From Ruditapes philippinarum (lineage: Eukaryota): 64,000 bases of DNA. The notes beneath the pieces are model-generated. The model searched no databases, was not told where the DNA came from, and saw nothing but the letters and a program-made list of their open reading frames with translations. This document shows, one piece after another, positions 51,801 through 62,296 of this stretch. The position numbers and the translations under genes are program-made. The stretch is from NCBI RefSeq assembly GCF_026571515.1, contig NW_026858315.1:62001-126000 (forward strand), read 5' to 3'. Position 1 is the stretch's first letter; each line of letters starts with the position of its first letter.

Positions 51801-52661
51801 TTCAATAAGTACATGTATTTATTTCCTAAATTTCTTTTCCAGGACTTTTAAGATCATAACAACGAGAAAGTCCGTTTATCCAGCTACTGAGTTACATATC
51901 GCAGATTTCCCGTCCACCTCTTCTTTAAGCGAAAATATTGTTGATGGATCAACATTGATCGTTAGGTTAGCTTGATCTTAATATTATACTATGTTCCATC
52001 TTTTCACTGGATAGAAAAGCATATATATAGGTAGATTGGGCGTCCGTGGCGGATTGATTAAGGTCGTTGACTACAAACCACTTGCCCCTAACCGCTGTTG
52101 GTTCGAATCCAGACAGGGACTTTGCATTTTTTTTATCTAAAGAAGCTATCCAGCTAGCTAACAGAAAATAATAATTAGTTCTACGCAGACGCCTGTCATG
52201 TCTGAAATAATATACCAAGTGACACCTGAGGTTTTCCTCTACATAGCTGGAAAGTCGCCATATGACTTATACTAAGTCGGTGTGATGTAAAACCCAATCA
52301 AACAAACACACATATATGTTAATATAGTGTTTATAGGATAGCTAGCTGCACTAGGTGGAGAAAATAAAGACACACAAACAGACAGGCAAAGAAACAGTAA
52401 AATTAAAAGGTTACTCAGTTTAGCTACCAAAGGTTCTGTTAACTCTCTTGTATCAAGCGTGATATCTTTTATTTATCCTTTTCCAGAGATCATTCATTTG
52501 ACATGTCTTATCGTAGACGCAAGAAGCAGAGAAAATCGAAGCGTTCCGATGTTTCAAAACCATCCGCTGTAGCGAGAGGTTGCCAGCCTATAAGAGCCCA
52601 CCATAAGTGCGATGAGAGTAAACTACTACCAACTAGAAGACTTGGTATAGAGATGGAGTGA
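45428..52661 (+). CDS. ~1427-aa DDE transposase (P-element/THAP9-like motifs) with inserted YqaJ/lambda-exonuclease-like domain; exons 45428-45471, 46120-47814, 48431-48523, 49312-51465, 51843-51965, 52487-52661
   Basis: The exons sum to 4284 nt with no internal stop. Transposase motifs: KYPPETMLFW...KALRF...AVPS...PGII...YVLSVDGKK (D253), ATEILVWLL...PVAY...VVCSSFDG (D786), VDYHHLFVNLR (DxxH), AKRVFSSEV, ISSLVNETFFG (E1287). Exonuclease motifs: QRSDEW..R..ITGS, HGTKSE, SPDG, EFKCP, YIPQLLAEM. Basic NLS-like RSRKRKR; AATAAA at 52744. Confidence 0.85.
48916..49260. mobile_element. TTAA-flanked Kolobok-like MITE in transposase intron 3
   Basis: ttaa|agcaactccact ... agtggagtcgct|ttaa. Confidence 0.65.
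52038..52308 (+). mobile_element. tRNA-derived SINE in transposase intron 5
   Basis: A/B boxes (gtggcggattgattaagg; ggttcgaatcc), central domain as in 18352-18520, (aaac)n tail. Confidence 0.75.
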
Positions 52662-53938
52662 TTTCGTAACATATGATTTGTTTTAGAGAGACACGTTCGA
52701 AGTACATGTATTTGGCATAAATCAATGCAAAGTGCCTATCGTTAATAAAGGGCTAATATTCTTTGTTTGTATTTGAGTTTTAGTCAAACATGTTAGCCAA
52801 AATGGGTGCCCCATCCAGAAAAAGACTATTGTACATTTTCAAGTTGTTGTACAAGTGCAAAATACAGTGGACCCTCGAAGGAAACATATGCTTCTTTAGC
52901 GCGTCATGTGTAATGCTCCAATCATGCTGAGTCTGCTAAATTGGGGTTTGAACTCCAACCTCGAAATCCGTAAATTTGCACTCTCTCCCTAATGATATAA
53001 ACAGGCCAGACTTGAAGCAGTCCTTGCAATCAAGGTCTATTCAGACAACCGTCTGTAGCCCTCAATTTTGAGATCTAAAATGATATGAATTTAGCACAGA
53101 TAAGTAGGCATGACGGCTTTTGATATGTTCTCAGCTCAATGAACAAACAACAAGCTATAAGCTACCTTCATTTTTTATGACGAAAAGAAAAAGAAAAATA
53201 TTCCAGCTAAACTTGTGACATTTTAATAATAACTGGAACTAAAATTATAATCAACTTACAAGTAAAACAAATAAATCGGATATAATACACATGTACTTGC
53301 TAGATTTTTTTTAAAGAAATATTTAAAAGAAAATATACAAGACGGTCAAGATAGCCCTATATCGCTCACCTGTCTAAATGTCAAAAAGGCAGAACACATG
53401 GCATTGATAACAGTCGTTAGGTCAAAATCTAGGCTGACTGGTATTAAAATTTAAACATTTTAATCATTATGCAAATAATTATTCTGAATGTCATAGCTAT
53501 AGCTGTCATTGAGCACATGCTGATCAGGTAAGCTAAAAGGCTAGCATTAACACAATTAAAATAACATTTCTAGATGTACTGTACCTATTAACTGAAAAAT
53601 GGTAATGAAACAAGAACTAAATGAAACATGAGTGGTAAAAAATTATTGCATTCCTATCATAAAACGGAATAATTATGTGTATTGCATGTTTCTTAAATTT
53701 AGTGCAATATCCACTATTGCAATAAAAATCACACTAAAATATAATCAAAATATCATGTTATACGTACTTTTATAACAAAGCAAAGAACGTAATATTGAAC
53801 AAGAACAATCTTAAAGAAACTAACTAGGATTTGTATAGAAAAAAAACCGAAACTTTAACCGAACAAAAAGGAAAAGGCAGCCTTTAAAAATAACATTTTA
53901 ACTTATTATATAACGTCAGTTTATATCAGTTATTAATG

Positions 53939-54997
53939 TCAGTAGTGTCCAGCTTTCTTTTTATGACGGTACAATGAGCTATGATGTGTGAAAGTTTTCC
54001 CACATATTGGACACTGATGTAATTCCACATATGCCTTGTGCTTCCTGCTATGCTCCTTAAGGTACCTATTGGATTTGAACATACTTCCGCAAATTTCACA
54101 TTTTATATGTTTATTTATGCCACATGTTGTTTTGTGTCGAACAAGGCATGAGCGTGCTTTGAAAGTCTGAGAACATTTTGCACATTTAAAATGTCTGCTA
54201 TTGTAATGCGTTGCAGTATGATCAACTAAATCACTTTTGTAATTAAAACTTTTCCCACACACTTCGCAATAATATGTGTATTTATCTTCATGAGTAGACT
54301 CGTGGCGTTTACAGCCTAGTTTAGTTACATATATTTTACTACACACTTTGCATCTATAACGTCCAGTAGAATGCATTTTTTTGTGTTGGTTAAAAGCGGA
54401 TAGTATGTAATACGTTTTTCCACACACAGAACAGTTTAACCCTCCTTCAGTGTTATGAACATTCATATGTCTTTTCAGACTTGCCTTAAGAGTATATGTT
54501 TTATTACAAATTGAACACTCAAAAGATTTTTTATTGGTAGAAACAGTGACTTCTCCTATTTCTTGAAAAGTATCTCTGGGCACTACATCCATACCTAACG
54601 TGTCGTCCCTTTCTTCAAGTCTTTCTTCCTGTAATTCAAAATCAATAGCTTTATCTTTATCAACGCTTTCTTCGTGATCTTCAGAAACATTGCCAACACT
54701 TTCTTCCCCATGTACTCCAAAAACACTCGTATCAACTCTTTTTACACTTCTTTTCTCCTCCAATTTATCATCACTTTCTTTCGGAAGCACTAAACAAACA
54801 GCTGTTTTGCCTTCATTTACACTCTCTTCTTCCAACACTACTTCGGCTGTTTCACCTGCAGATTCAGCTACCGCATTGGATAAAGCAACGTCTTGTATGT
54901 CAGGAATAAGTAAGTTATTGTTGTGGTCACTTTCTTCCGAGGAATCGTTTTCAGTCAATGGCTTGAACCCAAAGATGTTTAACCAACTGTTGAATTC
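53939..54997 (-). CDS. Transposon-borne C2H2 zinc-finger protein (acidic N-half plus 7 fingers), main exon; start codon in an upstream exon
   Basis: The frame is open from the acceptor ttttatgttttag at 55000/54998 (phase 0, EFNSWLNIFG...). Seven CxxC...HxxxH/C fingers. A candidate small exon from acceptor 55873 ends in ATG|GT at 55860 or 55820. Confidence 0.85.
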   Translation of the reverse strand, partial: EFNSWLNIFGFKPLTENDSSEESDHNNNLLIPDIQDVALSNAVAESAGETAEVVLEEESVNEGKTAVCLVLPKESDDKLEEKRSVKRVDTSVFGVHGEESVGNVSEDHEESVDKDKAIDFELQEERLEERDDTLGMDVVPRDTFQEIGEVTVSTNKKSFECSICNKTYTLKASLKRHMNVHNTEGGLNCSVCGKTYYILSAFNQHKKMHSTGRYRCKVCSKIYVTKLGCKRHESTHEDKYTYYCEVCGKSFNYKSDLVDHTATHYNSRHFKCAKCSQTFKARSCLVRHKTTCGINKHIKCEICGSMFKSNRYLKEHSRKHKAYVELHQCPICGKTFTHHSSLYRHKKKAGHY

Positions 54998-56336
54998 CTA
55001 AAACATAAAATGCAACCACAGTTAAAGCCCGCTTAATTAAGACCAACAGTTTGCCTGGTCTTAAAGGCACATTATGCCTCAGAAACAAATATGCTTTTTT
55101 CTTTTTAAGAATGTGCAAACATAAGTTTTATAAAATTTAGTTCTAGAGCATGTTAGAAGGGTATATCACCAAGGCAAAATGAGTGCTAAATGTGAAGTTA
55201 TTTGTCATAATAGGAGCAAAATGTAACAAAGTAATATTTAGACTTTAATTCAAAATACTAAATTACTGTAACTGAATTGATTGACAAAAGCAACAGAAGC
55301 AAAATATTGTTTAAGTAATTGGCCAGTAAGTAACTCTTTGTAACGTATGGCAGGACACTAAAATTGATCTCATAATAATGATATATCAAAAAAGCATTTC
55401 TGAGGTATAATTAATGGGCCTTCAATGGAGTTTCATGTTAGATATCTATTAGATAAAGTGTTATTAATCTAGTACATTCTATATCCGCAGGTAACTGAGA
55501 TAAAAAGCGAGTAAATGATCTTAAGCTCGATTTATGAAAGCATATTATTTTTCCAAACAGTTTTTCACGACGCTATGCTCTAAGCGTGCAGACATATCTT
55601 AAAAGAAATGGTTTTTAACAGCGGATTTTTTTCATAAAGATTTTTGCTCTTAACTAATTGTGACAAAGTTCGCAAGTTTGTGAACTAATGAATAGAATTG
55701 GCCTTTATATCAAATCGTTTCTGTATTTACATATTGCGTTCGTTATATATTTTAAGTCAAATAAATGTGATTTAAAGTAAAGATGCGCTATTTACTTCAG
55801 CGCCTTTATACAAACATACCATTTCCCAAATCTGTCCTTTAACATCTACATATGATTACCATGTATACATATCTGAAACAAGAAAATACAATGTGATAAC
55901 TATGGTGCTTCATGTGTATCATCGTGGTGGTAACAAGATGCAACAACACAGTACAATGTATTACAATGCCATATAACCGGAGAAAAAGCTTGCATATTTT
56001 ACTAACTAATAATGCTTATTAATGCTGCTGCATTTTGATTTGATGGTGTAATTGGTTGGGGCTTAAGTCGGTTGGAATCCTAAGCGGTTCCTAAGCTTGA
56101 TGTTAAATGTTGCTTTATTTTCCTGAACACTGAACGTGAGGCAAAATAGATCTTTCTCCACCACCATAAAACTATTAAAAGATGCAAGTCTCCATATGAA
56201 CTTTTGTACTTTGTGCCATTAAACATGACCAACAACTAGTAAATCAGTTACGCTTATTTAAATGTTATCAAAACATAGTGTTTATAAGCATACTAAACGG
56301 TTCAACAAATGGAACGTAAATAAAACCACGTGTTGC

Positions 56337-56865
56337 GCTTAGAGGGTGCCTGTGCGTTAAAAAAATGAGCGAGAGGTTACCTGTGACATAAAAATTTAAA
56401 CACAGAGAGGTAGCCCGTGCCGCTGTCAAACCGAAAGTAGGGTGTTTTTATGTATTTAACGTTCATTTTTGACTAATAACTGCAGTTTGTCAAAAGATGA
56501 TAAATAAATGAACACATGTAACATGCATGGTGCGTATATAATCAAATAACTCGTTCATTCCAGCCCGACAAAATATGTCGAGGCGATAGCGAGGCATGAC
56601 ATGTCGATTTTATGAAGCTTATTTTGAAGTTGCAGTAATTGAAAAATTGGCACATGACAAAACAACACATAAATAAAACATTCTAGTGTTCCGTGGTACA
56701 CTACTTTACCACATGACTTACCTCTTTTCATCAGTAGAAGGAAAATAAGCTGTATGAGTATCCATTGATTGTTTGTTTTCAGCAAAGAGTGGCCTGTGCA
56801 TGATCGGAGAGGGTACCGTTTCAGTAAATTTCGCAAAGAGGGTACCGATATGGATATGCACCGTG
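56337..56865 (-). repeat. Right TIR (529 bp) with the identical exon 1 (56765-56722) facing the zinc-finger gene
   Basis: Encodes the same MDTHTAYFPSTDEK-AG|GTAAGT on the minus strand. Confidence 0.95.
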
Positions 56866-56894
56866 TTTCGGCATATTTCGTAAACTGTATGTCT

Positions 56895-57322
56895 AAGAAT
56901 TAAGTCGATATTTCCGATACATCGAATAAGTATCGATATGTTCAGATACACAAATAAGTATCGATATGTTTAGATACACAAATAAGCATCGATATGTTTA
57001 GATACACAAATAAGTATCAAAATGTTCAGATACTAAAAAAAGTATCGATATGTCCAGATATACAAATAAGTATCGATATATATATATATACATGTATATA
57101 TCCAGAAACATCAAATAAGGATTACAGATAAATTCAATAAGTATCAATTTGTCCAGATTTATCTAATAAGTATCGATATGTGCAGATGCATCAAATTCAA
57201 GTCAGTATCGATATGTACGGATATGTCCAATTTGTATCGATATTTCCAGATACACCAAATAAGTATCGATATGTCTGGATACATCCAATATTTATCGATA
57301 TTTCTAGATACATCCAAATAAG
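56895..57322 (+). repeat. ~28-bp minisatellite (aaataagtatcgatatgttcagatacac)
   Basis: About 14 imperfect head-to-tail copies with no unique spacers. Confidence 0.85.
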
Positions 57323-57893
57323 AATACACCTTTATTATCATAACCACTTTTAGAATGATTTAAAATTTCTGAAAGTTACGAGGTTACTGTAATATAAGCT
57401 GTTAAAACTATCGAGTATACCAGTAGTGTATGATTTGTAATTGTATATAATTTCATTTTTTCTGGAAAATCATAAAAAATGAATCCGAGTCATGTTCGTA
57501 TAAAGAGACTTTCTTTCCAACATATTCGGCACTTCTTTAACTTAAATAATATCTTATTTGGATATTTTAATACAAAACAAAAAAAAATATTCGTTTAAAT
57601 ATCGATTGGACGGACGTTTCGGGTAAATTGACTTAATATTTTCGTCTCTGGTCTGACTTTGTACCTTTAAATTATGTTCAAATATAACTGAAGTGTCAAG
57701 GAGTGTCACAATATCGTTCGAAATGGCATGAATTGTGTCAAAGGTTAGCCATAATGCAAGTGATTTAATATGAGAATACATCATCAGAGTACTATTTCAG
57801 GTGTTGTTGCTTAATAAGTCATAAAATAGATTGAAATACATTTAGATTACAAAGAAAAAATATTGTTAATGGAACACAGTTACCATTAAAGTC

Positions 57894-57962
57894 TATAAAA
57901 GGAAGTCTCTCGTATACTTTAAATTTGCTAAGAATCAAATCAATCTTTCAGACAGAGTATGT
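57894..57962 (+). promoter_or_regulatory. Putative TATA box and short non-coding first exon, possibly of the CAP gene
   Basis: TATAAAA at 57894 followed by a donor-like AGA|GTATGT at 57957; the CAP exon is preceded by an acceptor at 60644. Confidence 0.35.
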
Positions 57963-58358
57963 AGATTTATCATTATTTTGGTCGTTTCTCGGCTTTACAT
58001 TTATTTCGTTTCCATAGTTTCATTTTGTACAAATGAAATTTAGCTGAAAAGATAATTAACAAACTATTCTGTTTGGACATATTTTTATCTATTTATTTTT
58101 ATTTATTTTTATTGACATTTTTTACTGGTATGTAGCATTGCTTGGGACGGTTTCATGAATTTCAGGGATTACATAATTTTTATATACATTTTTTTAGAAT
58201 TAATGTAAATATTCATAATGCTTATCGCTTACTGAACATTGTATAGACGAGAGGAGCAATTACCTTGTAGTTAAGTAATATGCCTTTGACCACTAGGGTC
58301 GTGGGTTCGAGCCGTACATGAGGTCATGACATGTTTCCTCGTGACACCAGTACTATTT

Positions 58359-58533
58359 GAGCCGCGTCACGACAAAACCAACATAGTGCGTTTTCGACAT
58401 GTAAGGGTTATGGGAAAGTTGATTGAAGCCCTACTTATATGTAATAATTATATCTAATAATGCGGATGCGCAGGCTGGTCTGGATCTATGCTGGTCGCAA
58501 ACCCATTATGTTGGTTTTGTCATGTCACGGTTC
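58359..58533. mobile_element. MITE family M1 with replaced interior, TSD ATTT, next to a SINE head (~58262-58354)
   Basis: Both termini and the ATTT TSD are kept; the centre is unrelated to other M1 copies. Confidence 0.75.
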
Positions 58534-59431
58534 ATTTATGACAGATAAAATATAGCTCAATGTAAACAAAACCTTACATGTTATTAGTAATTATTATCAT
58601 ATATTTTGAAAAATCATTAAATTATATAAAACCCATTAAAACTATTACAAAACTTACAAAAATCTATCAAGTCATTTATCTGAATAAAAAATATAACAAC
58701 CAAACAACACAACTTGAAGCTTCTGTCAACATGAACGAATCTAGTTTCATAATGCCGTTTTCGTATGCCTGCAACCTTTTATTATTCGATTAATTTTCTA
58801 ATATAAAGCCACTGTCAGGCGAGTTCCAATGAAACGAAGAGAAACTTTGCATATTTCTCTGACACGTTTTTAATATGTAATAATTATATCTAAAAATGGA
58901 AGTGTTACTCTATTTAGACTGAATTAAGTGAATTTAAATCAAACGGCTTAGAAAATAGATTTAGTGAACGAAAATGCGATATCATAGCTATATTCATACG
59001 CTAGGCCGTGCAACCGCCACGTGATAACATTGCTTTGCCTTTAATTCCATTTCTTACCTTCTCAATGCTCATTCCTAATAAATCTACCAGATTGTTGTTA
59101 TTTTAAATTTCCATTTTCTGACAGAAATGATAAATAATTGGTTTGAAGCTGTCTGTCTGTATTCATAAATATTGTCGCGTTTTAGTTTAGGTCTTTGTAC
59201 CAAAAAACACAGTTATGTTAATAAATACATGGAGTAATTACTCATGAAAGCATAACCGGTTTATATGTTCTAATATTAAGTCAGGCGAACTAGCTAAGAA
59301 CGCGGATATATTGGGCGGAGGGGGGGGGGGGTAAGTACTGTGACCTGTACGACATTATTTCAGGAAAAGTGACTGTAACCTTAGTAGGGCTTGAATAAAC
59401 TCTTCCATAACTCTTACAAGTCCGCAAAAAG

Positions 59432-59652
59432 CCGTTGTTTCCTTGAGAAAGAAACTTTACATTCATTGCTTAGTACTGGTTGGTTCCAGGAACGGATTCG
59501 ACAGTGTTTTAATAAGCTTATAGCTTCCAACACAATCAAACTAAAATATATTTGAATAAACTAAGTCCCCAATTTCCCAGTTTTCTTATAGCTTCCAACA
59601 CAATCAAACTAAAATATATTTGAATAAACTAAGTCCCCAATTTCCCAGTTTT
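59432..59652 (+). mobile_element. CORE-like SINE fragment followed by a 68-bp exact tandem duplication
   Basis: tccttgagaaagaaacttta...gcttagtactggttggttccaggaacgga; the unit 59517-59584 is repeated at 59585-59652. Confidence 0.6.
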
Positions 59653-60665
59653 ATTTATTAAACAATGACTCTTGCAACGCGTGTATTGTTGTGGAATATA
59701 CCGTTGTGCATTGAATTCGATATTATAATAATTCAATTGTATATTCACTTATTTGTTTTAACTATTTCCAATAAATATTTTACTGGATAGTGGAAATTAA
59801 AGCGTCAATCTATTTATCTATCTTTAAACATACGGGGGAAAATGAACGTGTCAGCAAAATTGAAATTTATCATTTTCATGTAAAGATGTTTATCTTCCAC
59901 TATCTTTACACAAATGAGTTGAACGAAAAAGATTAAATAAAAAAGGCATTGTTAAAAATATTAGATATTTATCTAAAATAACAATAAATTATAATATAGT
60001 CTGCTTTGTTTAAACTAGATTCAAATGCTTTTTTAAGAATATGCTTTTATAAACTTTGAGTTTAATACCATTGTCAACACATTTTTTATTAAAATGTCGT
60101 CTAGAAATGCATCGCGATTGACTTGCGCAGACGACATTTTTACTGTCTAGTAACTAGTCTACAGAACGCACGAAGAAACGTCTGTCTCATTCGATGTGTC
60201 CTTAAATACAATTACTGCACATAAAGCTTAATATAACTGGCTAAACTATCCGAGTTACATTTTATTTGACAAGAAGTAATGCATACACGTTTAAGTTTAA
60301 GTTAAAATAAACGGTTTGATAGTCAGCCACTATCATCCCGTGGATATCGTCTGCTGATATCGTTTGGCTAAGTTACAAGCGGCACACGACCAAAAAACTG
60401 GATTTTTTTCCGTATGAAGGCATGGTATAAATACTGTAACGATTACACTAGTTTTTAAAAAGAAAAAAAAAATTGTCGTTTGCTGTGTGTTTTTTTTTTA
60501 AAGAAACAAACAAAAAACGCGCAATGATAATATGAAAGGAGGACAATTTAAAATTATGATTTAGAATTACATACATAAAAAAGATAAGCATATAATTATC
60601 TTTAATAATATATAAATATATTTTTCGGAACAAATATTTTGATAGAAAAAAAACAACTAAAAAAA

Positions 60666-60836
60666 ATGGATAAAATAAACAATTCCTGGATATTATTAGT
60701 TATATTTTGCGTGCTTTCGGGGGCTCGTGCCCAGCATAGTGTGATACGTTTTACCAGTGACGAGATTAAGAAGATTGTAGCCACTCATAATGACCTCAGG
60801 AGATCGATCTACAACGCTGCAAACATGAGAGAACTG
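60666..60836 (+). CDS. First coding exon of a secreted CAP/SCP (CRISP/PR-1-like) protein; remainder not found in the window
   Basis: Signal peptide, then FTSDEIKKIVATHNDLRR...AANMREL (CAP N-terminal HN..R / A.NM motifs) ending at donor GTAGGA. Confidence 0.8.
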
Positions 60837-61495
60837 GTAGGATATTTGCTATCTATTCCATTCTATTGAACTATCAAATCGAACCCACCACCGGATATGC
60901 GTAAGGATTTAAATAAAAAAAGTTGTTTTAGACCCGCATTAAAGTTCGGTTTATATCTGTGTTCTATATATTTTTTATCATTTTTGTAGCTATATCTGTA
61001 CTGAGCAGTATGTTATGTTTAAACAATCAAATCATATATAAATTTATGGTGTAAAATTCACAGCAATCTGAGATATATTCACACACTATAGTTAATGGTA
61101 GGGTTAATTTTTATACCACTTCAATCCATTTCACTACATTACCGAATGAATTAATTTTACCAGTTTTCCTTGAAAATTAAATATATTCCCCTTATCACAT
61201 CATCAGTTTTGTTCCTTTTTTTCTCTTTTATTAAATATTTCTGCCTTTTACTCCTTTTCTCTATCTTTTCTAGATATAATTGTAAAAGGGAATACTTTAT
61301 TTTTGTTCTCAAGACAAGATCCATAAATCAAATGTTTAAATAGTGATATTTGTTCAGTGGCTGGTTTTATATCATTCAACAAGATCCATAAATTATTATG
61401 ATAATTCAACTATCTCAGGTCATTAGAGATAATAATCTTACTATAATATAAAATTAATCATACTCTTGCGATCGTTGCAGCATCGTACTTTCATT

Positions 61496-62296
61496 TTTAG
61501 CTCGACTTTTCTATGAAAAGGGGAGCTATCCTACTCGCCCCGGCGTCGGCGTCGGCGTTGGCGTCACACCTTGGTTAAGTTTTTCGTACCACCCCACTTT
61601 ATTTCAGAAGTATTACAAGTATGGCTTTGAAACTTACCATACTTGTTCACCATCATAACCTCCATCTACAGACAAGAGTACATAACTCTGTCAAGGTTTT
61701 TGACAGAATTATGGCCCTTTTTTGACTTAGAAAGTGTATTGAGCTTGGTTAAGTTTTTTTGTACCACCTCACTTTATTTCAAAACCATTGGAGGTATTTG
61801 CTTTGAAACTGACCATACTTGTTTACCATCACGACCTTCATCAACAGACAAGAGGACATAACTCTGTCAAGGTTTTTTTGACAGAATTATGCCCCTTTTT
61901 GACTTAGAAAATAACATTGAATATGGGTAAAATCCACTTATTGCCTTAACCCTTTGAGATATTGCTTTGAAACTTTTAATGCTATTTCACATCATTACCC
62001 CCATCTGTACGCAAGAGAAGGTAACTCTGTCAAGGATTTGTTTTAAAAATTAAGGCCTTTTATCGACTTAGAATCTTGGTTAAGTTTTTAGTACCAGTCC
62101 ACTTTTTGACTGAACTGTTTGAGATATTAATTTGAAAGTTGGAATACTTGTTTACAATCATGATTCCCAAACATGTCCAGGAGAAGGTAATTCTGTCAAA
62201 GATTTTATTTGAATTATGGCCCTTAACTGTCAATGTTTTGTATTATAGGCAAGCACTAAAAAAGTCGAGCGCGCTGTCTTACGGACAGCTCTTGTT
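61496..62296 (+). mobile_element. Non-autonomous Helentron/HINE-like element with internal ~175-bp repeats
   Basis: T-rich start tttagctcgac, (GGCGTC)n microsatellite, about four repeats containing taactctgtcaagg...gacttagaa, inverted subTIR gtcgagc and 3' hairpin gctgtc-ttacg-gacagc. Confidence 0.75.

Larger units (their letters stand above)
45328..56865 (+). mobile_element. Apparently autonomous 11.5-kb cut-and-paste DNA transposon (529-bp TIRs, CACGGTG termini, 5-bp TSD TTTCG) with two convergent genes
   Basis: TTTCG at 45323-45327 and 56866-56870; TIRs 45328-45856 and 56337-56865 are co-linear with no indels and about four substitutions seen by eye. Confidence 0.93.

Noticed and set aside
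52038-52115. tRNA genes here and at ~7795 and ~31200
   Set aside because: A/B boxes run into SINE bodies and no complete cloverleaf can be formed.
42430-54997. Transposon zinc-finger gene captured from the neighbouring host zinc-finger gene
   Set aside because: No similarity beyond the generic C2H2 pattern; N-termini and linkers differ.
13246-55001. Antisense ORFs overlapping real genes (13246-13506, 19392-19730, 49900-50262, 54690-55001)
   Set aside because: Shadow frames of the true CDSs with no motifs of their own.
45328-56865. ProtoRAG/RAG1-RAG2 transposon
   Set aside because: The heptamer-like end, 5-bp TSD and convergent genes are suggestive. However, I see no RAG1 RING or core motifs, no RSS nonamer, and the second gene is C2H2 rather than kelch/PHD.
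56895-57322. CRISPR-like array next to a nuclease gene
   Set aside because: The units are head-to-tail with no unique spacers, lie outside the TSD, and the context is eukaryotic; this is a minisatellite.
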